Source of the DNA: Octopus sinensis
Lineage: Eukaryota
Direction of reading: 5' to 3'
Assembly: GCF_006345805.1 (NCBI RefSeq)
Contig: NC_042999.1
Coordinates: 1,240,001 to 1,304,000, forward strand
DNA length: 64,000 nt
A program made the position numbers and the translations under genes. Each line of letters opens with the position of its first letter. Positions within the stretch are counted from its first letter, which is position 1. The notes under the pieces are model-generated. The model had not been told where the DNA came from and did no database searches. It saw only the letters and a list, made by a program, of their open reading frames with translations. Positions 40,671 through 53,689 of the stretch are shown here, piece by piece.

Positions 40671-41331
40671 CACAGGTATAAAAATTCCTTTACTTTTATC
40701 CACTATTCTTCAAATTTAAAAAAGGAAATATCGTTGTTTTAATGGAAACATATCATAGTTTAACTTCCATGTAGTAGCCGTATGGGATGCTCTTCTTTTA
40801 TTTAAAAATTAAATAGTTATAAAGAGCTTTTAATAAAAATATACCAAGAAAGATTTCATATACACAAATTATACATTCTCCATAACATTTCTTGGATAAA
40901 ACTTCCTGCAGGCACTAGTTCTTGTTATTATAATTTTCCAATTGAAAAATATAGTCTATATTTTAAACATAGGGATAATTGTTCCATGCTTTCTGTAAGT
41001 AGTATAATCGCATAAAGCTTACAGCAAAGAAGACATCAATCAGAAATTACTTCTAATGCTGTTGATTATAAAATATTACTAATTTTACCAATCTTCTGTT
41101 ATTCTGTGGACTAAAACAAATCAGGTTAGAATATCCTTCTCTGTATAGGTGCAGGCGTGGCTGTGTGGTAAGAAATTGGCGCCCAAACCACATAGTTGGC
41201 ATTAGGAAGGGCATCCAGCAGTAGAAACATTGCCAGATCATACTGGAGTCTGGTACAGCCTCCTGGCTTTCCAGACCCCAGTCGAACCATCCAACCCATG
41301 CCAACATGGGAAATGAATGTTAAATGATGAT

Positions 41332-41362
<31 letters not shown>

Positions 41363-41367
41363 TAACA

Positions 41368-41629
41368 TCCAATTTTCCTCATTCTACATTGAGAGAAGAA
41401 AGAGATGGACGCTTCAATTCTATGCTGCTGCCGCATTATGTCGTACGCGAATGAGAGGATTTGCATCCCCAACCAAGAATTTTTGATGTAACACATGTCC
41501 TTGTGGAAGCTGTTGTGCGCGGCTGAAGAAGGCCACAGACATACATTATGCATTGTTATAAATCTGTCTAATAAAGGCCCGAAACATATGTACCGCTGAA
41601 TCCTTCGCATCATGTTTTTATTTTGATCA

Positions 41630-41632
<3 letters not shown>
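41368..41632 (+). mobile_element. Short HHR-bearing element H-F between (TA)n tracts
   Basis: Homologous to 58655-58865 and to the reverse complement of 58525-58660. Confidence 0.75.
41519..41596 (+). ncRNA. Type I hammerhead with long stem II (H-F)
   Basis: GCGG CUGAAGA A GGCC..AGACA..UGUCU..GGCC C GAAAC AUAU GUA^ CCGC. Stem III palindrome CAUAUG; predicted cut after 41592. Confidence 0.75.
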
Positions 41633-41696
<64 letters not shown>

Positions 41697-41977
41697 CCTC
41701 CTCTGGCCCTCATGCCGGTGGCAGGTAAAAGCACCCACTACACTCACGAAGTGGTTGGCATTAAGAAGGGCATCCAGCTGTAGAAAAACTGCAAGATCAG
41801 ACTGGATCCGGGAGCAGCCGCCTGGCTTCCAGACCCCCAGTCAAACCGTCCAACCCATGCCAACATGGAAACGACGATGATGATGATAATAATATTAATA
41901 TATATATATATATACATATATGTATATTATACATGTATGTATAATGCCCTCTATATATAATATATATACATATATAT

Positions 41978-42028
<51 letters not shown>

Positions 42029-42800
42029 CCGAATAATAAAAAAAAGAAACACTTTGCCACATCTTTGATCATCAGTTACAATTGTTTTTGTACCAACTCT
42101 GCCCACAACACCAGTTTATGCAAAAATTCAAAGTGAAAATTTATGCAATATTTGCTGTTTTAGACATTAGACTGGCATTTCATCAGACTTGCATCAAAGG
42201 TAAGCTTTTACATTGTGAACGATGTAAGAGCATACCTTTGGTGCCAGTTTGAAAGGAGAAGTTGTTCTCATAAATACTGCTAGTGTAAGATTTCAATTCA
42301 AAATGTCTGACGGTTAATGGTTTTATTTCAAAGCACAAAGTGAAGTCATATCTAAAGCTGGCTGGTTAATTAAAATATTTTACAAGGTTAATTGTTTTAA
42401 AATAAAATTTGAGAAAAATACTTACAGAAAATTTAAAACTTGCTGGAGTAAAAAAAGAAAAAGATTTTTAAAGAACTTAAATGGTAATTAATCTCATTGT
42501 AGTAATTTACAGAAAAATGAAACAAAATTATTTAAATTATTTTCCAACACCAACAAGCAAAAAATAAATCAAAAAACCATAGAAAGACTACAGACAAAAG
42601 TGTTGAAAACATGAACAGAATATATTCTTTAATAATGTAAATGTGTGAAAATGAAAACTAACATTTTGATTGATTTATTGATCAATGTATCAATAATAAT
42701 TTCGAAAGTAAATAGTACGGATAATAAAGAGTGAAGATATGAAGCTTAGGGGTTAGGGGCATTCAGCACACGGTTGTGAGTTCGATTCCCAGGGTTATTA

Positions 42801-43400
42801 TTGACAACACTATTCAAAAGAGGATTTGTTTTTTCTAGCTCGGAACTGAGAAAACTAATAAGGAGAGTACATGAGGTGGTCAAAAAAGCCAGCTTCTATA
42901 TATGGCTGAAGCGGGATGACCAAGAATGGCTTGAAAGTCACAAACACGCCGACGGGAAATAACATCACTCGGTGAGACAAGCTGACACTGAATTAGCTTC
43001 GCTGACTGACAGATGACGGTCGTTTAGAAAATGCGCGGGCTAAAACTACGCACCTTCATTGGTCAGTTAAAGTTGAAACAGTGTCATGTGACAACTTGCT
43101 GGGGATGCCTGCTGGAGCCTAGCAGCAGTAATTTAAAGGGAAAAAATTGGCAAGACAGTCAGTCGCCCGCTGACACACGTTGACGCTACACCGAAGAGGC
43201 CAGGGAACAGAAGAAAGAAGACATGCACCCAACACCAGAGCGAAGACACCTCCGAAAGTGGGGGTGCATGTCAAAAGGGTAGAGGAGTAGGGGCCGAAAC
43301 CGGATGTGGTTTCTCCTGATGATGTCTTGAGCTAACTGGATTCTATAAAGGAACTGTTGTGGTAGCAGACCACGAAACCTGGTTGAAATTCCTCCTCTGC
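42801..43400 (+). pseudogene. HERO-like RLE non-LTR element, C-terminus (stop at 42960-42962) plus 3' UTR
   Basis: Manual translation ..ELRKLIRRVHEVVKKASFYIWLKRDDQEW..* resembles HERO-clade termini (recalled, not searched). Confidence 0.6.
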
Positions 43401-43454
43401 AGTTTTAGACAAATATTAACATGAAATTTTGATGGAATATTTTAATTTAGAACA

Positions 43455-44525
43455 CAACGTCGCCATCATTACCAACGTCGCCTTACTGGCACCTGTGCCG
43501 GTGGCATGTGTAAAAAGATTCAAGCGAGGTTGTTGCCAGTACCGCCTGACTGGCTTCCGTGCCGGTGGCATGTAAAAGCACCATTCGAGCGTGATCGTTA
43601 AAAGCATCGCCTTACTGACACCTGTGTCGGTGGCATGTGTAAAAAGATTCGTTATCAGAGTCACCGTACTGGCACCTGTGCCGGTGGCATGTGTAAAAAG
43701 ATTCGTAAGGAGAGTCGCCTTACTGGCATCTGTGCCGGTGGCATGTGTAAAGAGATTGGTTACCAGAGTCACCTTACTGGCACCTGTGCCGGTGGCATGT
43801 GTAAAAAGATTCGTTACGAGAGTCGCCTTACTGGCACCTGTGCCGGTGGCATGTGTAAAAAGATTCGTAAGGAGAGTCACCGTACTGGCACCTGTGCCGG
43901 TGGCATGTGTAAAAAGATTCGTAAGGAGAGTCGCCTTACTGGCATCTGTGCCGGTGGCATGTGTAAAGAGATTGGTTACGAGAGTCGCCTTACTGGCACC
44001 TGTGCCGGTGGCATGTGTAAAAAGATTCGTTACGAGAGTCGCCTTACTGGCACCTGTGCCGGTAGCATGTGTAAAAAGATTCGTTACCAGAGTCACCTTA
44101 CTGGCACCTGTGCCGGTGGCATGTGTAAAAAGATTCGTTACGAGAGTCGCCTTACTGGCACCTGTGCCGGTGGCATGTGTAAAAAGATTCGTAAGGAGAG
44201 TCGCCTTACTGGCACCTGTGCCGGTGGCATGTGTAAAGAGATTGGTTACGAGAGTCGCCTTACTTGCACCTGTGCTGGTGGCATGTGTAAAAAGTTTCGA
44301 GCGAGGTTGTTGCCAGTACCACCTGACTTGCCTCTGTACCGGTGGCACGTAAAAAGCACCCACTACACTCTCAGAGTGGTTGGTGTTTGGAAGGGCATCC
44401 AGCTGTAGAAATCTGAAACCTTACCAGATCAAGATTGGAGCCTAATGCAGCCCTCAGTCAAAATCGTCCAACCCATGCTAGCATGGAAGCAGACGTTAAA
44501 CGATGATGGTGATGATGATGATGAT
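43455..44525 (+). mobile_element. RTE 3' UTR (family C) with its internal repeat expanded into a 54-bp minisatellite (about 13 copies, 43590-44290)
   Basis: Unit actggcacctgtgccggtggcatgtgtaaaaagattcgttacgagagtcgcctt. Confidence 0.9.
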
Positions 44526-45899
44526 TAACAGGAAATTTTGATGGAAGATTTTAATTTAGATCACTTCCAAACCGAATGTATGACAGAAGCATGGGGAATC
44601 TCAAGCAAGTTGGTATTAAAAGGGTTAATAGACGCCTTCAACCATTTTGTTATCACATTTTTGTTGAAAAATACAGATTTTGTTTCAATTAATTTCGAAA
44701 ATAATGTAGAATTTGGTAAAATAACTTTGTCGTTATTAACCTGGTGATCAGAACATAAATCAAAATGCAATTATGATTGGAGGTTTTAAATTAGATTACA
44801 TTAAAACAGTAAGTTTGTATCATAGAATCATGAATGGTCTCAGATGGTTTCCTATCACAAGGGTCAAGGCTGTGTTTGGGGGGAAAGTATTTCAAAGTTT
44901 GAAACATCTACTTATGTTAAAAATAAACACTATTTACTTTTTTAATTTGCTGCATAAAGTAGCATTTTAATTTAAAAGTTAATTAAAATAAAATTAAGTA
45001 AAAAAAAAATAAACAATCAATTTTTTTTCTCGTTCATTCTCAAAAATATTGGTGCACAAGATTACGTATGACCATCGAAAAAAAAAACCATTAAAAAAAG
45101 ACAAAATATATTATCAATTGATAATTAATGAAACGGTATTAATTAAACAATTTTTTATTTATTTATCTAATCAAATAATCAAAATGTAAATCTAAATTAG
45201 TTACGTTAGAAAAACATTAGACAAAGCAACTTTGTTCATTATTTAACCTCGTTTAATAATGATTTGCTTCGTTTGTCATAATATTGGGAGTCTTTAAAGG
45301 TTAATTTTCATTGAAATATTATTCTATTGAATGTTTTCTCTCTACTTCAAAGAAAAATGAAGTTGGTAATTCCAACATCAAATAACAAATTATCCAAAGC
45401 ATTAAGTTATACAATGTATAAAAAACTATTTCATCAGGCATAGTTGTGTGGTAAAAAATTTGTTTCCTAAGCACACGGTTCCAGGTTCAGTCCTACTGTG
45501 TGGCACCTTGGGCAAGTGTCATTTACTATAACCTTGGGCTGACCAAAGACTTGTGAGTGGATTTGGTAGACGGAAACTAAAATCAGTTGTATACATGTAT
45601 CATCATCATCGTACTTTAACGTCCATTTTCTATGCCAGCATGGGTTGGATGGTTTGACCAGAGCATCAGCTTGTGTTTGATAAAAGGCTCTGGAAGCTAG
45701 CCCTAGCTTAACCATTGCTTTTGCGGAAAAATACCTCCTTTGGATCATCACTTGTTCCAATCCATGGCCAGAGCTGGCAAGCTGGCAAGCTGGCAAGCCA
45801 CACCAGATTCCAATCCGATTTGGTTTGGTTCCGATGCTTGGATGCCCTTCCTAATGCCAACAACTTTATAATGTGTGCTGGGTTCTAATGTGGCACCGG

Positions 45900-46360
45900 C
45901 CATGGATTGGAACAAGTGATAATCCGAAGGAGGTATTTTTCCACAAAAGTAATGGTTAAGCTAAGGCTAGCTTCCAGAGCCTTTCATTAAAAATAACATA
46001 GGTGTTTCAAACCCAAGCTGATGCTCTGCATCTGGTGAAATTATGGGGGGATAATTCACTTCGAGTTCATTCCTGACAGTCGAATCATTGATGCCAACCT
46101 GTTCTCTGAACAGCTGGAGCAGATGTATGCTGTGATGCAGAAAAAGTACCCAGCATTGGTTAACCAAAAGCAATCTCTTCTGCAGTAAGACATGAGACCT
46201 CATACCACCCGAATGACTGGGAATAAACTCCAGAAAATTCAAAGAATTGAATTGATGCTACACCCAGCATATAGTCCTGACCCAGTTCCCTTGGATTATT
46301 AATTGTTCAGATCTCTGGCTCACTTCCTGTGCTCATGATGCTTCATCAACCAAAACGAAC

Positions 46361-46403
<43 letters not shown>

Positions 46404-47030
46404 ACTCTTTTACTTGTTTCAGTCATTTGACTGTGGCCATGCTGGTGCAGCGCCATTAGTCAAGCAAATCGACCCCAGGACTTATTCTTTGTAAGCCTAG
46501 TACTTATTATATCGGTATCGTTTTGCCAAACCGCTAAGTTACAGGGATGTAAACACACCAGAATCGGTTGCCGAGCGATGGTGGGGGGGACAGATACAGA
46601 CACAGAAACATATACACACACATACACATGCATATATACATATATACATACATATACATATACAAGATGAGCTTCTTTCGGTTTCCGTCAACCAAATCTA
46701 CTCACATGGCTTTGGTTGGCCCGAGGCTATAGTAGAAGACATTTGCCCAAGGTACCATGCTGTGGGACTGAACCCAGAACCATGAGGCTGGTAAGCTAGC
46801 TACTTACCACACAGCCACTCCTGCGCCTATGGAAATGGAAGTTTCAGTGAAAGAGTTCTTTGTTTCAAAAGACAAGAACTAGTATTAGCATGAGATCAAA
46901 GAACTGGCAGAAGGTGGCTTCATAAGGTGCCACATGATGGCCTCTACTTTGAATGCTACATTTGTTGTGAGTTGATGTATAAAGCAAAATAAGTTACGAA
47001 AATAGTGCAAAACTTTTGACTCATCACGAT
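45900..47030 (+). pseudogene. Decayed mariner (DD34D-type) transposase, split by SINE A (46400-46828, minus strand)
   Basis: ..KKYPALVNQKQSLLQ..RPH..ELMLHPAYSPDPVPLDY*LFRSLAHFL, resuming EFFVSKDK..IKELAE..HDGLYFE. Confidence 0.8.
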
Positions 47031-49206
47031 ATCTTTTTTTTTCACTCTACAGGATGAGACATATTCTGTGTCATTACTTAATTTTTCCTTGCATTAACAG
47101 CGCAAGTTGATAATATGATTGAAAAACGCTGTTAGCTAAGCTTTGTTGAAGGTAAGCCAAGTTTAATGTATCTACAAATATTTTTATATTCTTATCTTAT
47201 TGGTGGGCCAGGACTTGAAATCTTATTTAATATTTATTATTTGATTAAGTTTTAGGGCTCTCACAAAACACAGAGGTTGAATATTTCATTTTTGGATTTG
47301 GTTTGCCAGATTCTTTATGTAAGTTCGTTTGTTGAAGCATGTTCTGTTGTGTCTGGGGAGAGTCATTTTCTTGTTGTGCCTTATAATTTAACAAACTCAC
47401 TGGTAAAATTTCCACTTATTTCTTATTTTTATTTTCCTAACATTTTCGTTGCGTCTTGCAACCTTTTCAATAATCTTGACTCTCAGGTGTTGAATAAATG
47501 AATAGAAATTCTTTAGATGGAAATTGGAGAAATAAAGACGGCATCCCCAATAACAGACTGGATATCTTGTCTAACTGCCATACTATTCATTAACCAGATA
47601 AAAATCATGCTTTGTAAGATGTATGGTAGTTTGTTAAACACCTCTCGTTTGTGATGTAATGTTGTTTTATTGTTCCTATTTCAAGTAAAGAACTATTATT
47701 TATCTTAGCTGTGGTTTGTAAGTGTAGGCATGTGACAAGGTCATGCTTTCAATTCCCAGGTCAGGTGGTGCATTGTGTGTGTGTGTGTGTGTGTCTTTGT
47801 GTCTGTGTTCGTCCACCACCTCTTGACAACCAGTGTTAGTGTGATAACATGGCCGTAACTAAACAGTTAGGCAAAAGAGACTGATAGAATAAGTACAATG
47901 CTTTAAAAAAATTAGTACTGTGGTCAAGTCACTTGACTAAAAATTCTTGAAGGTAGTGCCCCAGTATGGCCGCAGTCTAGACAAAGCAATTATATTCCTT
48001 AACAAAATACTTGAAAGTAGAAGTAGGTGTAAATTAAAAGAAAATTTAATTAAAATGCCGCAAAGGAAATACAATAATTTTGTAATACTCGTTAACCAAT
48101 AATTATTTGAATAAGATTAGATAATATTTCTCGTAAAACAATATTCAGCAAACTCACATTTACTGAGAATAACATAAAACTGTTTTTGGTAAATTTATTT
48201 TGTTTAAATTCTTGTTTATTTGGTCTCTTTTTCTCTGTTGCAATTGGACCGTTTTTATTTCAACTTTTATTATCGATATTTAGATTAATAATTATAGAAT
48301 ACACCGAATTCAATTAGTCTCAAAAGACGAACATTTATTAATTATCGTCATTAAATTACGGTAATTGGCACCAAAGTCTTTGACTGTGTTCCTTTTAATA
48401 TGAAGTTGATTTCAGGCTGCCGATGCATTAGCAAATGTAATGATTGGTGGGGTGGGGGCTAAATAACTGAAGATTACTTTTAAGATCGTCCGAAGTAAAA
48501 CATGAAAGCGTGGAGGACACAATTAACAGACAAATGCTGCACCATTATGCCGACTGCTGTACTGATTGGTGCCAAAACTGGAAGCGGCGGGGGGGGGGGT
48601 AAGAAAAACAAACCAAAAAAGAATTGCAATTACAGGATTGGTTGGCACAAACAGTAATTAGAGGTGATTTTTGAGCTATAATTTAAAGAGGTAAAGATAG
48701 ACATTGTGAGATAATTGTGGGAGAAGCAGAAATGAGCGAAGATGAAAAATGGAATTATAAAGAGAACAAAGATTCGGAAAAGGGAAATGAAGTTGTCTGT
48801 AAAAGTGCAAAAACTATCATCGCCATTATTATCATCTCCATCCTCCTCTTCGTCATCATCGTCATCATCATCACCATCGTCGTCAGTCATCATCATCGTT
48901 TTAACAGCAACTTTCCTACGCTTGCATGGCTCAGATGAAATTTGTTGCAGTATATTTTCAATAGCTGGAAGCGCCCCCTGTCACCAATTCAAACCTACTT
49001 CCAGGTAACGTAATGCTTCCCCATGGCCAGACAAATTCTCCATGGAAGACTGGAAAAGAACAACCTTGCTTGTATGAAGGTGATGCTTCGTTACAACCAT
49101 CACATACATAATGTTAATACATTGCTACATACAAGCGCATACATATATATATCTACATCCATCTATATCTTTCTACATATATATATATGTATCTATTTCT
49201 CTCTCC

Positions 49207-49279
<73 letters not shown>

Positions 49280-49283
<4 letters not shown>

Positions 49284-49458
49284 GATTTTTCTTTCCTCCA
49301 TCTTCCCTTCCTTGGACCTTCCTTTTTTTATGTCTCTGACGAAGAGCTTCGCTCGAAACGTTAAATTCTCTTTCTTTACTTTCCTAAGCGTACAATAACA
49401 CTATACTTGTTCCACGTTCTCGCGTTGTTGTGTTTTCTCTTTGCGTTTTCATGTTTGG

Positions 49459-49466
<8 letters not shown>
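49280..49466 (+). mobile_element. Short HHR-bearing element (H-D relative) in (TA)n, HHR at 49333-49365
   Basis: CUGACGA A GAGC UUC GCUC GAAAC GUU AAA. Canonical core, weak stem I. Confidence 0.7.
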
Positions 49467-49497
<31 letters not shown>

Positions 49498-49503
49498 CAT
49501 ATA

Positions 49504-50168
49504 CAGGGTGTTTCAAAAAATTTGATATCATTTTGCAATCTAATAACTTAGCCAGTTCTTATTGAAATGACTTCAAATTTTAACAGCATGTGTAGAAACA
49601 GGTCAAAATTTAATGTTTAATGTTTGATATGTTTATATTTTCAGGTATAGAAATGTTATTCACTGGAAGAGAAAAGGCGTTTTGTGTGTTGGATTATGTT
49701 TGAACACAGTCGAACAACACTGTGTAGCATGCATTTATGAGAGAATTCTTTAAAAAGTCACTAACAGCAATGCAGATTTGGACACAGCACAGAAAATTCA
49801 AAGAGGAATGCTGTCTGTGCAGGGTAAAGAATCTGGATGACTACTAACATCAGAAGAGACAGAAACTCACCAAAAACTTTTGCAGAGCCCCAAGAAGTTC
49901 ATAAGAAGAACAAGTCTGGAAACCCAGATTTCTCCAACAACAGTTTGGTGCTTCCAGAGGAAATGTTTGCTAATGAAATCCTACAAGCTGCAGCTTGTTC
50001 AGACCAACTCGTTCATGGAATCCACATATCTTTGAATTTCTCATTCAAATTTGGAGGAATAACTCTTATGTTGCTCAACATTAACCCTGTTTAGTTTCAA
50101 TAGCTTTGACTGTGTAGTTTCTGTGATATTTACATCTCAACTGGTATAGAATTTTTTGAAACACCCTG
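49504..50168 (+). mobile_element. Non-autonomous Tc1/mariner element with N-terminal transposase remnant
   Basis: TIRs ta|cagggtgtttcaaaaaatt and aattttttgaaacaccctg; remnant MLFTGREKAFCVLDY. Confidence 0.8.
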
Positions 50169-50320
50169 AATGTATATATATTTCATATATATATAGGCAG
50201 AGTTTACGAAAAAAACAAAAGACGAAGACAGGGGGCGTACAAAACAAACAGATGTATTAGTATAACGCTCAGGAATAGAAAAAGGCTGATATATATATAT
50301 ATATATATAATAAGTCTTAT

Positions 50321-50387
<67 letters not shown>

Positions 50388-50445
50388 ATTGGTGAATTGA
50401 AGAAATGGAGCTGAACGCAGATTGAACAGAAATCGTTTTATTTCA

Positions 50446-50525
50446 TTCTACACGTGTTTCGAAAGGCACAAATTACCAAAATCCGATTGAATAATGGGAC
50501 CATATTGTGTCTTTCTCTTCAGGAA
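50446..50525 (-). ncRNA. Type I hammerhead (H-H, minus copy)
   Basis: Reverse complement of 50874-50953. Confidence 0.8.
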
Positions 50526-50873
50526 GAAAATAGGAAATCCGTTGGAAAAACAAAAAATGTTTTCTACCCCTACGCCAACACACACATATATAGAACAGTA
50601 TACACACACACACGTCTCTAAGTAGATTTTTTCTCGCCCCTTATAAAACATCCAATATTCCTTAAATAGTCAGAACTTTATTCTCGGTCACAAAGAACAC
50701 CCACACACCCTCACCCACACGATTGACCGATGCCTGACCCGTTAATTCTTCAGCCACCGGTTCTCAACATACACTGATAAACAGTTTCGCCATGGGCTCT
50801 TAGGAGCATAGTTCGATTTGTTTTTGCTCCGCCTCTGTTCTGTTTTTGTTTTTCCAACGGATTTCCTATTTTC

Positions 50874-50953
50874 TTCCTGAAGAGAAAGACACAATATGGT
50901 CCCATTATTCAATCGGATTTTGGTAATTTGTGCCTTTCGAAACACGTGTAGAA
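50874..50953 (+). ncRNA. Type I hammerhead (H-H, plus copy)
   Basis: UUC CUGAAGA GAAAGACACAA..UUGUGCCUUUC GAAAC ACGU GUA^ GAA. Palindromic stem III CACGUG; predicted cut after 50950. Confidence 0.8.
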
Positions 50954-51166
50954 TGAAATAAAACGATTTCTGTTCAATCTGCGTTCAGCTCCATTTCTTC
51001 AATTCACCAATAATGTTTTAATTTCAATTATCCGCACCAACGCACGGTTGCAACACCATATGGTTGTACCTCCAACCGTGCTGTTTACTGCTGTGATTTT
51101 TGCTACTAAGGTATCGGTTAAACTTTTGATTAATCTACTACAAGATTATTCATCTTTCTATTTCAC

Positions 51167-51206
<40 letters not shown>

Positions 51207-51387
51207 TTATTTGAGGGAATATAAATCCAAACTACCAATTATATACGTTTTTATTATTTTTTGGGTAATTTACTTAATTATTGATATTTTATTGTTATTT
51301 CAATTTTAATACTTCTATTATATGTAATTTTCTAGATGGTGTAATTTAATTGTTCATTTTGAATTAATAAAAGGTGGGTTTTTTCTG

Positions 51388-51428
<41 letters not shown>

Positions 51429-51611
51429 GAAAAATTATGCCAGTTGCATAGATGATAAGTAAAGTACCAGCATGGTTTAGGCTACCTGTTCTTATCCATA
51501 GATTTACTCCAGGAACATTGCAGTAGCAGTTGGGGTAGTAGTATGAATAAAATAGGAGATGGAATGTGTATTCGACTTTTATTAAATCTCCGGGGTGACT
51601 TTTTTATTGAT

Positions 51612-51656
51612 GTACCCAAAGAGATACAGAACAATGAGTTGAAACGTGCGTTGTAC
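51612..51656 (+). ncRNA. Degenerate hammerhead motif (H-I) in a (TA)n-flanked element
   Basis: GUAC CCAAAGA GAU..GUU GAAAC GUGC GUU GUAC. Confidence 0.4.
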
Positions 51657-52342
51657 TTAATAAAAATCTGACACACATTCCACCTCCTCTTTTATTAATA
51701 CTATATATATGTGTTCTTGTCTGTCTCCTGTCCAAGCTTGATTTACGCATTCACCACCACAACCTCGTTTAGGGTTAGCAGCCCTTCCTGTTTGTTTTCA
51801 CTATCCTGTTTGTGTTACCAATTTTGACCCTCCGCAAAATCCCAAATTTTATTTAATTTGCTTTACAGGAGCAACTGTTTTATCAAAAGTGTATATTGTT
51901 GTTAAATGCTCGAAATACGAGAGTAGAAAAACAGTCAACATCTGATGGAGGGTCGTTCTTTATGTTGTTTGTCTTATTTTCCATTTGTGTCTTTTGTTGT
52001 TCGAAAAAATAGTTCATATTCCATGGACTCGTACTTCGTATTCTTTTGGTGTACACGTTTCATGATGTCCTGTGCCCACAAATGCATATATATATATAGA
52101 TAGATAGATAGATAGATAGACAGATAGATAGATAGATAGATATACATATATATACGTATAGATGTATGTATGTACATATACGTATGTATACATGCATATA
52201 TATAATTTATAATATATATATATATATACATATATACATATATATATATTATTTATATTATTATTTTTATTATATATATACCACAAAATTCCTGTCTACC
52301 AAGTTCATGATTGTAGAGGAAATGTCTTAAACATACAGCCAT

Positions 52343-52412
<70 letters not shown>

Positions 52413-53049
52413 TTGCTACTAAAGAAGATGATCGTGATGATGCCGATGTTAATAATAGATGTTGGAATAATTCAATTTAAAATTGAATCTTAATTTCATC
52501 TGGAAGACATTATAATTTTGAATATTGCAAGAAAGAAACCATTCCTTAATTACATATTTGTCTTGCTTATTAAGTGAATAACACACACACACACACAAAC
52601 ACACTCAAACGCACACACACAAACACACACACACATGTATGCATTCAAGTATGTGTGTATGTATGAATGCATGCAAATATGTTTACATGTATGCTTGCAT
52701 GTATGTATGTATGTACGTATGTGTGTATGTATGTATGTATGTATTTATGTATGTATGTATGTAGGTATGTATGTAGGTATGTATGTATTTATGTATGTAT
52801 GTATGTATGTGTGTGTGTATGTATGTATGTGTGTGTATGTACGTAGCCATGTATGTCTGTATGTGTGTGTATCTATAAATACTGAATGGTAAGGCTTCCC
52901 CAAGTAGAATATGTGTGTGTAGATAGATAGATACATAGATAGATGGATAAAAATATACACACACACACACACACTTTTCCACATATACATAAAAAAATGT
53001 ATATATAATTATATATCAACGCACATGACACACAAAAAATGCACATGTA

Positions 53050-53360
53050 ACCAAGTTCTAGGTTCAGTCCCACTACAAGGCACCTTGGGCAAGTGTCTTC
53101 TACTATAGCCTCCTGCCAAGCAAAGCAGGATTTGTGAGTGGATTTGGTAAACGGAAACTGAAAAGAAGCACTTTGTATATATACATATTTATATATGTGT
53201 GTGTGTTTACATCCCTGTAACTTAGCGGTTCAGCAAAAGAGACTGATAGAATAAGTACTAGGCTTACAAAGAATAACTCCTGGGGTTGATTTGCTCGACT
53301 AAAGGCTGTGCTCCAGCATGGCCACAGTCAAATGACTGAAACAAGAAAAGAGTAAAGAGA
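53050..53360 (+). mobile_element. SINE family A
   Basis: Consensus match with internal deletion. Confidence 0.75.
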
Positions 53361-53689
53361 GCATATATACATTATATTTATATTTATTTTATCTAGTTTC
53401 AGCTCACGAGCTGTGGCCATGCTGGGGCACCGCCATTTATAAAAATAATTTTTTTTAAATGTACATTACAGCTCTGTTTCTACTTTGCAGATTGTTCGCC
53501 TACGGCGGGGTGGCTTTGGAATGTAACACCCATGAAAGTCGAAGGATTACTGTATTTTTATTACTGCTGAAAGAATGAAAGACAAAAATCAACCTCAACA
53601 GAATTTGAACTGAGAAAGAATACAGCCAAGAGGAATGTCAATAAGCATGTTGTTTGGCCTGCAAATATTTCCGTTTATATTTATCTTAA

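Larger units (their letters stand above)
50379..51020. mobile_element. Inverted-arm element H-H: two identical 178-bp arms around a 286-bp spacer
   Basis: 50379-50556 is the exact reverse complement of 50843-51020; (TA)n on the left. Confidence 0.9.

Noticed and set aside
43416-44408. 250-315 aa ORFs with 18-aa repeats
   Set aside because: By-product of a stop-free 54-bp minisatellite within an RTE 3' UTR.
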